Positions 35,590 to 47,555 of a DNA stretch of 64,000 nucleotides are shown here, one piece after another; within the stretch, counting starts at the first letter, position 1; every line of letters begins with the position of its first letter. Both the position numbers and the translations under genes were made by a program. The notes beneath the pieces were generated by a model. It made no database searches. It was given only the letters and a program-made list of their open reading frames with translations, and was not told the DNA's origin. This stretch comes from an uncultured Actinomycetota bacterium (GTDB taxonomy: Bacteria; Actinomycetota; UBA4738; HRBIN12), in NCBI GenBank assembly GCA_963778505.1, contig CAVZUH010000004.1, positions 1,061,633-1,125,632 on the forward strand, read 5' to 3'.

Positions 35590-36837
35590 GACGCGCGTGC
35601 CAGCCTCTCGAGCAGGTAGAAGAGCTTGTCCTGCGCGTCCCCGTCCCGGCCGTCCGTGAGGTTCGCCATCATCCGCATCGCGAATCCCATCACCTTCGGA
35701 TTGGGCAGGAGGTACTTCGTCGGCCGGACCCATGATCTCGGGCTTGCCGACCAGCTTCGCGAAGCCCCGGCCGAGCCTGGAAGTAGCGCCCGTACCGCTC
35801 CCGGAGGGCCTGCGGATAGAGCATCGCGAGGCCTGGCCGGTCTTTGACGAGCGCCTCGTGGACGAGCTCGGCGGCCATCTCCCCGGTCTCGATCGCGTAG
35901 GCGATGCCCTCGCCGTTCATCGGATTCACCGCTCCTGCGGCGTCGCCGACGACGAGCATGCCGGGAACCGCCTGGGGCGCGCGATTCAAGCTCATCGGGA
36001 AGCGGCCCGGAGAGCATGCGGCCGTCGGCCGTCTCCTCGGAGATGCCGCGCTCCTCGGGGAGCATCGTCGGCGAACGCCTCGAACAGTCGCGCGGCGGAG
36101 ATGTCCTTGAAGTTCCGGAACGTGCTGAGCAGGCCCGCGCCGAGGTTGACGCGACCGTCGGCCATCGGGAAGAGCCAGCCGTAGCCGGGCAGGAGCATGT
36201 CGCCCTCCCACAGGTCGAGCCAGGACTCGAACCAGGGACCGCCGAGGTTCGGCGCCCGGTAGTACCGGCGGGCCGCGATGCCGAGCGGCCGGGAGTCGTC
36301 GCGGCGGACGCCGGCGGGAGCCGCGAAGCGGCTCGCGGCGCCGTCGGCCGCGATCGTGAACCGCGCGTGGATCTCGGCCGGCTCGGTATCGGTTTCGCCG
36401 GCGGGTACGGTCTCGGCGCCGACGACCCACCCGTCCCGCATCAGCGGCCGGCGGGCGTCCGTCGCCTCGAGGACCCGCGCACCGGCCTTCTTCGCGCGTT
36501 CGAGCAGGAGATGGTCGAACCCGAGCCGCGGCATCACGAGGCCGTAGTTCGGCCACGTCTCGAGCTCCGGCCACGGGAGGTCGATCGTGACGTCCTTCGA
36601 ATGCACACGGAGGCCGATCACCCGCTCGAAGCCCGGGTCCGACGTGTCGACGCCCATCCGCTCGACGGCGCCGACGCTCCGGGGGGTCAGGCCGTCGCCG
36701 CAGACCTTCTCGCGTGGGAAGGTCGCCTTGTCGACGGCGAGGACGTCGATGCCGTGACGAGCGAGGTGGTAGGCCGCCGCCGATCCACCAGGGCCGGCGC
36801 CGACGATCAGGACGTCGGTCTCGATCCGCTCGGGCAC
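35586..36837 (-). CDS. Geranylgeranyl reductase family, MenJ-like (apparent indels)
   Basis: VGAGPGGS, FPREKVCGDGLTPR, GYGWLFP, GDAAGAVNPMNGEGIAYA; located upstream of nuoA. Confidence 0.88.
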
Positions 36838-36869
36838 GCGCGCCTCCCCTCAGGAGCCCCGTCGGGCGC

Positions 36870-36887
36870 TCGTGAAACCTTTCACAA
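36870..36887. promoter_or_regulatory. Rex operator TCGTGAAACCTTTCACAA
   Basis: 1 mismatch to the Rex consensus; 32 nt upstream of the menJ-like/nuoA-N operon. Confidence 0.8.
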
Positions 36888-36938
36888 GCAGCCTATCGCA
36901 CCGACGTCGCCAGCGGGACGGCCCTCGTCCACCGGACG

Positions 36939-37366
36939 TCAGCCGTGGTCCCAGGCGTCGACGACGGCGGGGACCACCCGGAGGAACCCGAGCTTCGGGA
37001 TCGCCGCCGTGAAGCGTTCGAAGCCGTCCCCGGCGAACAAGCGTCCGGTACTTCTCGTGCCACGCGGACATGGGCTCGCGGAGATCCGGGTGCTCGGCGG
37101 GCAGGAGCTCGGCCACACCCTCGATCCGCACGCCGGAGAGGTCGTTCCACTCCCGGCCGCGGTCGATGAGGAGCGAGATGCGGCCGTCGTGCTCGAGCGC
37201 TTCCCAGGTGGCGTCGCCGACGCGCGTGGCGACGTACAGCGCGTCCGGCATGCCAGACGAACCACCGCGACGCGACATGCGGCCCGCCATGAGGCCTCAC
37301 CGTCGCCACCCGGCACGTCGGGTGGTCGCGGAAGAGCCGGCGGAGCATCTCGAGGTCCTCGGTCAC
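36939..37366 (-). CDS. Pyridoxamine 5'-phosphate oxidase-like split-barrel protein, possibly F420-binding (apparent indels)
   Basis: CRVATVRPHGGPHV, ISLLIDRGREWNDLSGVRIEG, WDH C-terminus. Confidence 0.7.
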
Positions 37367-38248
37367 ATCGCCACCATGTCCGCGAGCCGGCGCAGAGCGG
37401 GGATCGACTCGGCGGTGAGGAGGTCGGGGTCGAGCTCCTCCTTCGCTTCGGCGACGAGGCCGTTGACCGTCTCGGCGGTCACACCTCGGCCGCCGCGTCG
37501 CCGTCCTCCAGGTCGTCGCGGAGCTGGAATGCCTCACCGAGCGGACGTCCGAACCGGGATAGACACTCGCTCACGGTCTGGGAGCTCCCCGTCGAGCGCG
37601 GCGCCGATCCGCAGCGGCCCCTCCACGGTGTAGCCGCCGCCCTTCAGTGGCGGCGGCGCGGCGGGCGACCTGCGGGTCGCCCGCCCCGCCGTCCACCACC
37701 CGGGACAAGTCCAGGTACTGACCGATCGCCATCTCCTCGCGCATCGGGTGGTACACGGCAAGCGCCCGGGCGAGCGCCTCGAGCGGGAACCCCGACTCGA
37801 GGAGCAGGCGGTCGGCGAACACGGCTGCGAGGTCTCCGACCAGGATCGACATCGCCTGGCCGAACGCGCTCGCGTTCGCCTCGACGCCCCGAGCTCCTCC
37901 GCTCGATCCGAGAACCACACGACCGTCGAGGCGACTCCTCGTCGCTCCTTCGCCCCGTCGATCAGGTCGTCGTGGACGAGCGCCATCGTGTGCAGGAGCT
38001 CGAGCGCCGCCGCGGCGCGCACGATCGCCGTCGCCGGCGTCTCCATCGTCTTGACCCGCCGGCCGCGCGGAATCCCCAGTAGCAGAACGCGGGACGGATC
38101 CGCTTGCCTCGCCGCGTCGCAGCAGACGCCGCACCTCCTCCACCGGAGGGCAGAGCCGCCGGGTCGAGCCGCTCGCACGTGATCGCGGACGATCGTCGAG
38201 GAACGCCGTCAGGACGGTATCGACCCACTCGCGGAGGTCCCCCGTCAC
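37363..38248 (-). CDS. Short-chain polyprenyl (FPP/GGPP) synthase (many indels)
   Basis: GKRIRPAFCYWG, LELLHTMALVHDDLIDG..RRG, GQYLDL, FQLRDD. Confidence 0.82.
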
Positions 38249-38308
38249 GGGCGGCAGTATCGCAAGGCCCGGCGCCGCGCGCGGCAGGGCTATCATGCCG
38301 GCGTCGCG

Positions 38309-40152
38309 ATGCTCTTCACCCGTTCCCGCTTCCGCTCACTCGCGCTCGCCACTGCGATCGCCACGATCGTGCTTGTTCGCGATCGGAGGCCTCGTCGCGA
38401 GGCACGGGCTCCGGCCTCGGATGCTCAACCTGGCCCGCCTGCGAGCCCGGCCACCTGTTCCCCTCGGGGACGGTTCATTCCCTCATCGAGTTCTCGCATC
38501 GCGCGATGGCGTTCCTCGTGATCGTGCTCACGGCGCTCACCGGCGTCGCCGCGATCCGCGTGGCCCGTCGCGAGCCATCCGTGCTCTGGCCCGCGGTTCT
38601 CGCGTTCCCCCTGGTGCTGGCACAGGCCGGGCTCGGCGCGGTGGTCGTGGCCACCGAGCTCGAAGCCGGGTGGGTCACCGTCCACTTCGTGATGGCACTC
38701 CTCCTGATCGCGGACGTGACGTACGTGGCCGGCGCGGTCGTGTCGAGAGACGCCGGGGACGCAGGCTCCACGGACGAAGGCACCACGAGCAGAAGCGACC
38801 GATCGTTCTCGCGGCTCGCTCGTGATAACGGCGACGGTCGTCGGTGCTCCTCCTCCTGGTCGGCACCTACGTGCGGGCGAGCGACGCGCAGCTCGTGTTC
38901 ACGGACTGGCCGCTGATGAACGGGAGGCTCGTCCCGACGCTCGGCGGCGCCGCCACCGCGATGTTCCTCCACCGCACGCTCGCAGCGGTCGCGCTGCTGC
39001 TCGTGCTCTGGACCGCGATCAGGGCGAGGAACGACGACGGCCGCCGCGGCCACCTCGTCCGCCTCTCGACGACGGCCCTCCTCCTGTTCGTCGTGCAGAT
39101 CATGGTCGGCGCCGCCAACGTGTGGACACGGCTCCGGCCGTGGGCCGTCGTCGCGCACGTCGCGCTGTCCGTCCTGATCTGGGCCACGGTCGTCGCGCTC
39201 GCCACGGTGGCGTCGAGGGTCGGCATCCGGCGCCGCGCAGCCCGAGCCGGAGGCGAACGAGCCGCCGAGACGACGAACGACCCTCACTCCGGGACACCGT
39301 CACCGCGTACTACCGCCTCACGAAACCGCGCATCGTGCTGCTGCTCCTGATCACGACGGTGCCGGCGATGCTCCTCGCCGCGGAGGGACTCCCATCGCCG
39401 TGGCTGATCCTCGCGACCCTCGCGGGCGGCGCGCTCGCAGCGGGTTCCGCGAACTCGATCAACATGTACCTCGACCGGGACATCGACGCGATCATGCGCC
39501 GGACCCGGCAGCGACCGCTCCCGGCGCACGCGATCGCGCCGGAGCACGCGCTCCGATTCGGCTTCGTCCTGGGCGCGATCGCCTTCTACTTCCTCGCCGT
39601 GTCGGTCAACGTGCTGGCCGCCGTGCTGGCGCTGTCGGCGATCGCCTTCTACGTCTTCGTCTACACGATGTGGCTGAAGCGCACGACGGCGCAGAACATC
39701 GTGATCGGCGGCGCGGCCGGCGCCGTGCCCGCGCTCGTCGGATGGGCCGCCGTCACCGGGAACGCTCGCCTGGCCCGCCGTCGTCCTGTTCGCGATCGTG
39801 TTCGTCTGGACGCCGCCGCACTTCTGGGCGCTCGCGATGCGCTTCTCGGGCGACTACGCGGCGGCCGGCGTCCCGATGCTGCCGGTGGTCCGCGGGGAGG
39901 CCGAGACCCGGCGTCAGATCCTCCTGTACTCGCTGGTGCTGTTCGCGACGACGCTGCTGCTGGTCCCGGTCGGGCACATGGGCCCCGTCTACACGGCCGC
40001 CGCGGTCCTGCTCGGCGGCTCGTTCGTCTACCGCGCGCTGCAGGTGTGGCGACGCGCCGACGACGCTCGGACGCGACGGTTGTTCACGTTCTCGATCCTC
40101 TACCTCGCCGGGCTGTTCGGAGCGGTCGGCGTCGACGCGCTTCTGCGCCTGA
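38309..40152 (+). CDS. ctaB: Probable fused heme A synthase (CtaA) + heme O synthase (CtaB) (apparent indels)
   Basis: [20 protein letters not shown] (CtaA); [34 protein letters not shown] (CtaB). Confidence 0.85.
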
Positions 40153-40158
40153 GCGGCG

Positions 40159-40685
40159 TCAGGCGGCGGCGAGCACCTCGTCGATCAGGCCGGCGAGCTC
40201 GTCTTCGTCGGTCTCGCCGTACACCACCCAACGGATCGTGCCGCCGGGATCCACGACGTAGGTGTCCGGCAGCGCGGGGAAACCGAGATCGCGCCGCCGA
40301 TCGGCCCGAGGGGTCGAACAGGCTCGGATACGGCACGCCGAACTCCGCGACCCATGCTCGGGCGGCGTCGCGATCGTCCTGGTAGTTGATCCCGAGGAAG
40401 CGCACGCCCTCGTCCTCGTACCGATTCGCCAGTCGCACGAGCTGCGGCTGCTCCCGGCGGCACGGGGCGCACCAGTCAGCCCATACGTTGATCACGAGCA
40501 CGTTGCCGTCGGCGTAGGTCTCGGCGTCCAGGCGCTCGCCGTCGACGGTCTCGCCGGCGAGTCCAGGCAACGGCTCGTCCTGCTCCGCCACGCCGAAGAC
40601 GGAGTCGTCCCCCTCGCAGGCAGTCGAGCACCGCGAGGAGCGCGAAGAACAAGGAGGGAAGGACCCGGCGCGGCACGCGGGTCAC
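40159..40685 (-). CDS. TlpA/ResA family thiol-disulfide oxidoreductase (apparent indels)
   Basis: [26 protein letters not shown]. Confidence 0.85.
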
Positions 40686-40686
40686 G

Positions 40687-41683
40687 CTACCAGCGGGTCT
40701 CAGCCGCCCCCGTCGGGGGCACCGCTCGGGCTCCCGCCTCCGTCGCCACCTCCGGGCGGCGGTGGTTCCGGCGGACCTCGGACCACGACCGTCCCCTCCA
40801 TCGTCGGGTGGACGTCGCAGCGGAAGTAGTAGCTCGCCCTCGGGGATCGGCGGCACGTCGAACGGTCTCCGTCGCGGGACCAGGGAACGGCTCGAACGTG
40901 AACAGCGGCTCACCGGATGCGGTGTCGTCCTCGTAGATCGAGAGGTTGTGCGCCGCGGAGTCCTGGTTGTCCAGGGTGAGCGTCGTCGGCGTCGTCCGCC
41001 GGAAGCGTGATCTCGTCGGTGTCGAACGCGGTGTTCTCGGCCACGACCGCGACCCCGCCGGCTCCCTCGGACGACGGTGACCGTGCCCGGTCATCGTGGT
41101 GGGATGGAGCTCGGCAGTTGAAGAAGTACTCACCCTCGAGCGAGCGGATCGACGGAGTACGGCGTCGTGGCGGGCCCGGTGATGACGTCGCCCGTCGAAC
41201 AGGACGCGGCGCCGAATCGTCCGGGCCATCGAAGATCTGCACGTTGTGTCCGACGCCGGGATCCTGATTGTCGAACTCGAGCTCGATCGGAACGTCCGCC
41301 TCGAACGCCAGCGCGTCGCGTCGAGAAGCCGGCCGTGAGCGCCCCCTCGGGCGCTGCGAGCACGGCGTGGAACGGCGGGATCTCCTCCTCCGGCGGCCCG
41401 ATCACCACGATCGCGATCCCGCCGGCCACCATCGCGATCCCGGCGGCGGCGCCGACGAAGGACCCGAGCGACGCCCCGGTCACGCTGCGTGCGCGACGCG
41501 ACGAACGCCGCGACGGTCATGATCCCGACGGCCGCGACGAGCGCGACGGCCGTCGCGGCGTTCGGCTTCACGGACAGCAGCACGCGCGGAGAACGCGAAC
41601 AGGACGAGGACGATCACCGCGAGCCCGCCGACGGGGATCAGGATCGGCAGGAGCAGGCTCTGCCGCTCGCCGCGATCGCTCAT
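40687..41683 (-). CDS. Membrane-anchored tandem cupredoxin-domain protein (many indels)
   Basis: About 3 N-terminal TM segments; DNQD..HNVQI...EYFFNC.LHPTTM and DNQD..HNLSI...YYFRCDVHPTM pieced across frames. Confidence 0.7.
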
Positions 41684-42516
41684 CGGCCCATCCCCGCGCG
41701 GATCTCCCGTTCGACGTTGCGGAACTTGAGCGCGTCCCAGCCCTCGGTCGTCTCCTCGTGGCCCCATCGGAAGAAGATCGCGGCGATCACGACCCACAGG
41801 ATCGCGCCGCCGACGATCTTCATCACGAGGCCGGCGATCAGCTGATCGGTGAGCGCGTCCGATGCCCCAGATCCGAGGGAACGTGGCGTAGATCGGATAG
41901 AGCGGCTCCGTCCCGAACGTCAGGAACGACGCCGGGATCGTCGGCGCGAGGGACTGGAAGAAGAGGTACAGGAGCTGACCCGGTCGCGACAGGCGCGGGC
42001 AGCTCGGGCAGCGGCGACAGCACCGGCCACCACATCACGATCGCGGAGCCCAGCAGCAGCGCGTGGAGCGAGAAGTGCGCGAGCTCGGAGCGGACGGACA
42101 GCGACACGACCTCGGGCCAGTGGTGAAGCAACAGGACGCCGTTGGCGACCACCAGCGCGACGAGCGGCCGGGTGAGCAAGGCCCACACGGCCCGCAGAGG
42201 AGCCGGACGGAGCAGCGCGCGCCACATCCAGGCCGGCGTCCCGGTGAGCGAGCAGCGGTGCCGCCACGAACGTGAACAGCATGTGCTGCACCATGTGCAT
42301 GCTGTAGAGGTAGCTCTCCGCGAGGTCGTGGATCGGCCAGCGTCGCGCCCAGCAGCAGCACGGCGACGCCGCCGAGGAAGCGATACCGCCGGCCGGGCTC
42401 GAGCCGCTCGCCCGTCGCGCGCTCGTGCCGCCTCGCGGCGAGCAGGTACACGCCAGCCAGCCCGCCGAGCGTCGCGAGGACCGACCAGATGCACGTGGAA
42501 CGGCGGGCAGCACCAT
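41680..42516 (-). CDS. ctaG: Caa3-type CtaG cytochrome oxidase assembly protein (apparent indels)
   Basis: WPIHDLAESYLYSMHMVQHMLF, DQLIAGLVMK. Confidence 0.82.
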
Positions 42517-42856
42517 CAGGCGAAGACCCGGAACGAGATCAGCACGACGAGATACAGGACGACGCGCCGGACAGGCCCATCACGAAGAAGCGAGCGTAGC
42601 GGCGGTCGTCGAACTTCAGATGCATGAACCACAGGACGACAAGCGCGAACTTGACGATCGCCAGGATGAACAGGGTCGGGATCAGGATGCCGACCGCTCA
42701 CGCCCGCGTAGGACGCGGCGATCTCGAGGGCCGTCAGGACGAACGAGGATCACCGCGATCCGGACGTACTCCTTCGGGACTCGGGTGGCCGCGCCGTGCG
42801 ACCCGCCGCGTGCTCATGGCCGCCGGATCGACCGCCTGCCGCTCCTCAAGGGCCAC
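42516..42856 (-). CDS. Cytochrome c oxidase subunit IV (apparent indels)
   Basis: HPSP.EYV, VKFALVVLWFMHLKFD. Confidence 0.8.
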
Positions 42857-43488
42857 CGGGACCCCCGGGCTCGGCGTCGGGATCAGGTACACGACCGTGA
42901 AGATCACGATCCACACGATGTCGACGAAGTGCCAGTAGAGCCCGACCATCTCGACCGGGAAGGACGGGTCGTCCGGGAGACGCCGCGCGTAGGACATCCC
43001 GACGAGCGACAGCAGCATCAGGATGCCGACGGTGACGTGGACGCCGTGGAACCCGGTCAGGACGTAGAAGGTCGTCCCGAACAGGTTCGTCGAGAGCTTG
43101 AGGCCCTCGTGATAGAAGGCCGTGAACTCGTAGACCTGCCCTCCGACGAACGTCATACCCGAGCAACGCCGTCGTGAGCAGCCACAGACGCATCCTGCCC
43201 GCGTCGCCCTGTTGCGCGGCAGACAGCGCAAGCACCATCGTCAGCGAGCTGGCGAGCAGCACGAACGACGACACCGACGTGTACGGGATGTCGAAGACGT
43301 CGGCCGGGATAGGGGCCCACGAGGCTCCGTCCCCGGTAGAGCACGTAGGTGGTGATCAGCGCGCCGAACAGCATGCACTCCGACGCGAGGAAGATCCACA
43401 TCGCGAGCTTCGTGTGCGACAGGCCGGTGGTGGTCTCCGAGTGATCGGCGCCGTGATCGCCACCGCGTTCGATCGCGACGTCGGCCAT
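42846..43488 (-). CDS. ctaE: Cytochrome c oxidase subunit III (apparent indels)
   Basis: MWIFLASECMLFG, TGFHGVHV, GLYWHFVDIVW. Confidence 0.9.
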
Positions 43489-43490
43489 CG

Positions 43491-45382
43491 CTACGCGTCC
43501 CCCGAGCGACACCGACGGCTCCATCGCCCATGCGTAGAAGCCGATCAGCGCGATCACGAGCACGCCGGCCCCGACGAGCCACCACGAGTAGAGCACGCCG
43601 TATCCGATCATCGGCATCCCGAGCGCCGCCACGAGCGGCCAGTACGACGGGCTCGGAAGATGGATGCCGTGCCCGCCGCTCGGCGCCTCGCCGTCGTGAC
43701 CGTTGGCCGCGCCGGCCTGCGCCGGGACGAGCCGTCCCGTCCGCTCGTCCTCGACGTACTTGCGGTGCCAGAACTCGTCCAGCGCGTGCACGGTGGGGAT
43801 GTCGTCGAAGTTGTGGATCGGGGGCGGCGAGGGTCGTCATCCATTCGAGGGTCCGCCCGTCCCACGGGTCGGCGACACCGGCGGGCTTCGCCTTCGCGTG
43901 CGTGATCACCACGTTCACGAGGAAGACGAGGATCGAGAGGGCGATCAGGTACGCACCGATCGTCGACGCCTGGTTCCAGAACGTGAGACCGAGTGACTCG
44001 GGGTAGGTGTAGGTCCGGCGGATCATGCCCTGGAGACCGAGGATGTGCATCGGGCCGAACGTGAGGTTGAACCCGATGAGCATCAGGAGGAAGTGCGATC
44101 TTCCCGAGACGCTCGCTCAGCAACCGCCCGAACACCTTGGGCCACCAGTAGTACATCCCGCCGAACAGCCCGAACACCGCCCCGCCGAAGATCACGTAGT
44201 GGAAGTGCGCGACGATGTAGTACGTGTCCGTCTGCTGGTAGTCGGACGGCACGATCGTGTGCGTGACGCCGGAGAGGCCGCCGATCACGAACATCGCCAC
44301 GGTCCCGATCGCGAAGAGCATCGCCGAGGTGAACCGGATATCACCCCCGTACATCGTGCCCATCCAGTTGAAGATCTTCACGCCGGTCGGGATCGCGATG
44401 ATCGCGGTCGTGACCCCGAACGCGGTATTCGCCACAGGTCCGAGACCCGCCGCGAACATGTGGTGCGCCCAGACGCCGAACCCGATGAACCCGATCGCGA
44501 TCCCCGAGAACACCACGAACTGGTAGCCGAACAGTGGCTTGCGACTGAAGACCGGCAGGATCTCGCTCGACGATCCCGAACGCGGGCAGGACGAGGATGT
44601 AGACCTCGGGGTGTCCGAACAGCCAGAACAGGTGCTGCCACAGGATCGGATCCCCGCCCGCCGTCGGATCGAAGAAGTGGGTCCCGAACTCCCGGTCGAA
44701 CAGCAGCTGGAACAGGGCCACGGTGATGATCGGCAGCGAGAACGCGAGCAGCAGCTGCACCACGAGTCCCATCCACACGAAGACGGGGACCCGGAACAGC
44801 GACATCCCCGGCGCGCGCATGTTGATGACGGTGACGGCGAGGTTCACGGCACCCGCGGTCGACGCGATGCCGGTGATGATCAGCCCGAGCGCGTAGAAGG
44901 TCGGCCCGATCGACGGGTCGAATGATCGAGTTCGGCGCGTAGCAGAACCATCCGCAGTTGGGCGCGCCTCCGAGGAAGAAGCTCGAGTAGAGGAAGAGCC
45001 CGCCCAGCAGGAACAACCAGTAGCTGTATGCGTTCAGACGCGGGAACGCAACGTCCCGGGCGCCGATCATCAACGGGATGAAGTAGTTGAAGAACGCCGC
45101 CGACATCGGCATCACGAACAGGAAGATCATCGTGACGCCGTGCATCGTGAAGATCTGGTTGTACTGGTCGGCGTTCAACAAGGTGCCGTCGGGCTGTGCG
45201 AGCTGGGCGCGGATCAACAGCGCCTCGAGCCCTCCGATCAGGAAGAACAGCAGGGCCGTGGCTCCGTACAGGATCCCGATCTTCTTGTGGTCGATGGTCG
45301 TGAACCAGCTCCAGAAGCCGGTCGTGGCCGTCGGGCGACGGAGGATCCCCTGTCGCCTCACGGTCGTGCTCACGCTCGCCAT
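43491..45382 (-). CDS. ctaD: Cytochrome c oxidase subunit I, A1-type (apparent indels)
   Basis: TIDHKKIG, WLFGHPEVY, VWAHHMF, VAHFHYV. Confidence 0.95.
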
Positions 45383-45399
45383 CGATCATTCGCTCCAGG

Positions 45400-46485
45400 T
45401 CACTTGAGGCTGTAGAGGTACGCCACCAGGGCGTCGATCTCCTCTTCGGTCAGGTGGTAGTCGGGCATCTTGGAGCCCATCTTCACCGCCTCGGGGTCCC
45501 GCAGCCACGCCTCCAGTGCATCGCGGTCCGTCGTTTCCCAGTTACACCCCGCGAAACACTCGTGGGTCGGGATCGGCGAAGTGCGTGAGCTCCGGTCCCG
45601 GCCGGGATTCGCGGCATCCGTCCCGCCGACCGCGTGGCATTCGATGCACGACCCCCTGCCGCCCGAGAGCTGCCCCAGGAACAGGTCCATCCCCTGGGCG
45701 GCGAGCTCGTCGGACGGCGTGACGCCGGGGCTCTTCTGGTTGGCGACCCACGCGTCCCAGTCCTCGGCGGAGAGCGCCCGGACGCGAACGAGCATCCGGC
45801 CGTGCTGCAAGCCACAGAACTCGGCGCACTGGCCCTCGTACATGCCCGGCTCGTCCGCCTGCATCAGGATGTGGTTGGTGCGACCCGGGACGACGTCCTG
45901 CTTGCCCGCGAGCTCCGGGATCCAGAAGGAATGGATCACGTCGGATCCCACGATCTGCACGCCGGCGCCTTCGAGCGAGAGGTACACGACCCGGTCCTCG
46001 GGGATGACCATCACGTCGGCCGTCCGGATCTGCGCACGGTCCCCGTAGTTGGTGCGCATGTCCTCATCCGTGTACTCGAAGTCCCACCACCACTGGAGGC
46101 CCCTCACGGTGACGTTGAGCGCGTCGTCGGGCGGCTTCGCGGCGAGATCCCAGATCATCGCGACGGTGGGCACCATCACGCCGGCCAGGATCAGCGCGGG
46201 GGCGATCGTCCAGCCGATCTCGAGCCGCGTGTTGCCGTGGATCTGCGATGGGATCCGGTCCCTGCCTTTACGGTGGCGATACCTGATCGTGATCCAGACG
46301 ATGCCGCCCTCGACGACGACGAAGACGAGCACCGCGACCCAGAACACCGGGACGAAGAGGTCCTTCACCTCCTGCGCGTAGGGCCCTTTGGGCTGAAGAG
46401 TGTCTTGCGTCGCGTTGGGTGCGCACGCGCCCAACAGGAGGAGCAGGCCGATGGCGGCCGCCGCCCAGAGCAACCTCTTCCGCAC
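45400..46485 (-). CDS. ctaC: Cytochrome c oxidase subunit II with C-terminal cytochrome c (caa3-type), lipoprotein
   Basis: Lipobox LGAC; CuA ligands HSFW...CAEFCGLQHGRM; CIECH...KMP. Confidence 0.92.
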   Translation of the reverse strand: MRKRLLWAAAAIGLLLLLGACAPNATQDTLQPKGPYAQEVKDLFVPVFWVAVLVFVVVEGGIVWITIRYRHRKGRDRIPSQIHGNTRLEIGWTIAPALILAGVMVPTVAMIWDLAAKPPDDALNVTVRGLQWWWDFEYTDEDMRTNYGDRAQIRTADVMVIPEDRVVYLSLEGAGVQIVGSDVIHSFWIPELAGKQDVVPGRTNHILMQADEPGMYEGQCAEFCGLQHGRMLVRVRALSAEDWDAWVANQKSPGVTPSDELAAQGMDLFLGQLSGGRGSCIECHAVGGTDAANPGRDRSSRTSPIPTHECFAGCNWETTDRDALEAWLRDPEAVKMGSKMPDYHLTEEEIDALVAYLYSLK

Positions 46486-46604
46486 GGTTCCTTCGGTCCC
46501 CCGGAGCTCCCTCGTGGACGATCCTGGCTCACACGACCTTGGCTCGGACGGGGTCGGCGAGCCCGCGGGGACTGTATCACCGAGGTCTCGCGCGACTTGA
46601 TTGC

Positions 46605-47555
46605 TCATCCGAGCTTGTACGAGTGCAGTCCGACGATCCAGAGGTTGACGGCGTAGTAGGTGATCAGCAGCGCGATGAACCCCACGACCGCGATGACGGC
46701 GGCCCGCCGGCCCTTCCAACCGGCCGTCGATCGCGCGTGCAGGTAGCCGGCGAAGATCGTCCACGTCACGAACGACCAGGTCTCCTTCGGGTCCCATCCC
46801 CAGTAGCGGCCCCACGCCTCCTGCGCCCAGATCGCGCCCGCGATGACCGCGAACGTCCAGATGGGGAACGCGAACGCGATGACTCGATACGCCACGCGAT
46901 CCAGCGCGGCGGCGGACGGCAGGACGGCGCCGCGCCGGGGCTCGCCGGCCGTGACTCCCGGCTCCTCAGGGTCCGGGAGGAGATCGTGCGGCGTGTCGAC
47001 CTCGACCGCGCCGCCCATGATCGGAGCGGGCGCGCGCTCGCGGAGGACCGCGAGTCCGCGCCGTTCCGATCGGTCCTTGATCAGGAACAGGATCGTCGCG
47101 ATCCCACCGATCGCGAAGAGCGAGGACCCGGTGATCGCGGCCACCACGTGGATCTTGATCCAGTACGAGTTGAGCGCCGGCTGTAGCGGGCTCGGCTCGA
47201 CCGGGAAGAACATCGCCGCCACCGCGAGCGTCAGTACCGAGAACATCAGCGAGAAGCCCGTGAGCGTCTTGATCTTCGCCACACCCTCGACGAAGACGAG
47301 TGTGCCGGCGACCACAAGGAACGCGAGGACCGTCGAGTACTCGAACATGTTGCCCCACGGCACACGGTCCGCGGCCATGCCGCGAGCGACGATCGAGATC
47401 AGGTTGGCGCTCGCGCCGGCGATCGCGACGGCGCGAGCCAGCATCCACAGCAGATCGCGTCGGGCGGCGAGGTAGGCGAAGGAAAGCACCATGGCGCCGA
47501 GATAGAGCCAGATCGTGACGTCGAACGCCGTGCTCGAGATCCGCGCCCAGTTCAC
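46605..47555 (-). CDS. Cytochrome c biogenesis protein CcsA/ResC (system II)
   Basis: WWD domain WAQEAWGRYWGWDPKETWS, GLHSY. Confidence 0.93.
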   Translation of the reverse strand: MNWARISSTAFDVTIWLYLGAMVLSFAYLAARRDLLWMLARAVAIAGASANLISIVARGMAADRVPWGNMFEYSTVLAFLVVAGTLVFVEGVAKIKTLTGFSLMFSVLTLAVAAMFFPVEPSPLQPALNSYWIKIHVVAAITGSSLFAIGGIATILFLIKDRSERRGLAVLRERAPAPIMGGAVEVDTPHDLLPDPEEPGVTAGEPRRGAVLPSAAALDRVAYRVIAFAFPIWTFAVIAGAIWAQEAWGRYWGWDPKETWSFVTWTIFAGYLHARSTAGWKGRRAAVIAVVGFIALLITYYAVNLWIVGLHSYKLG

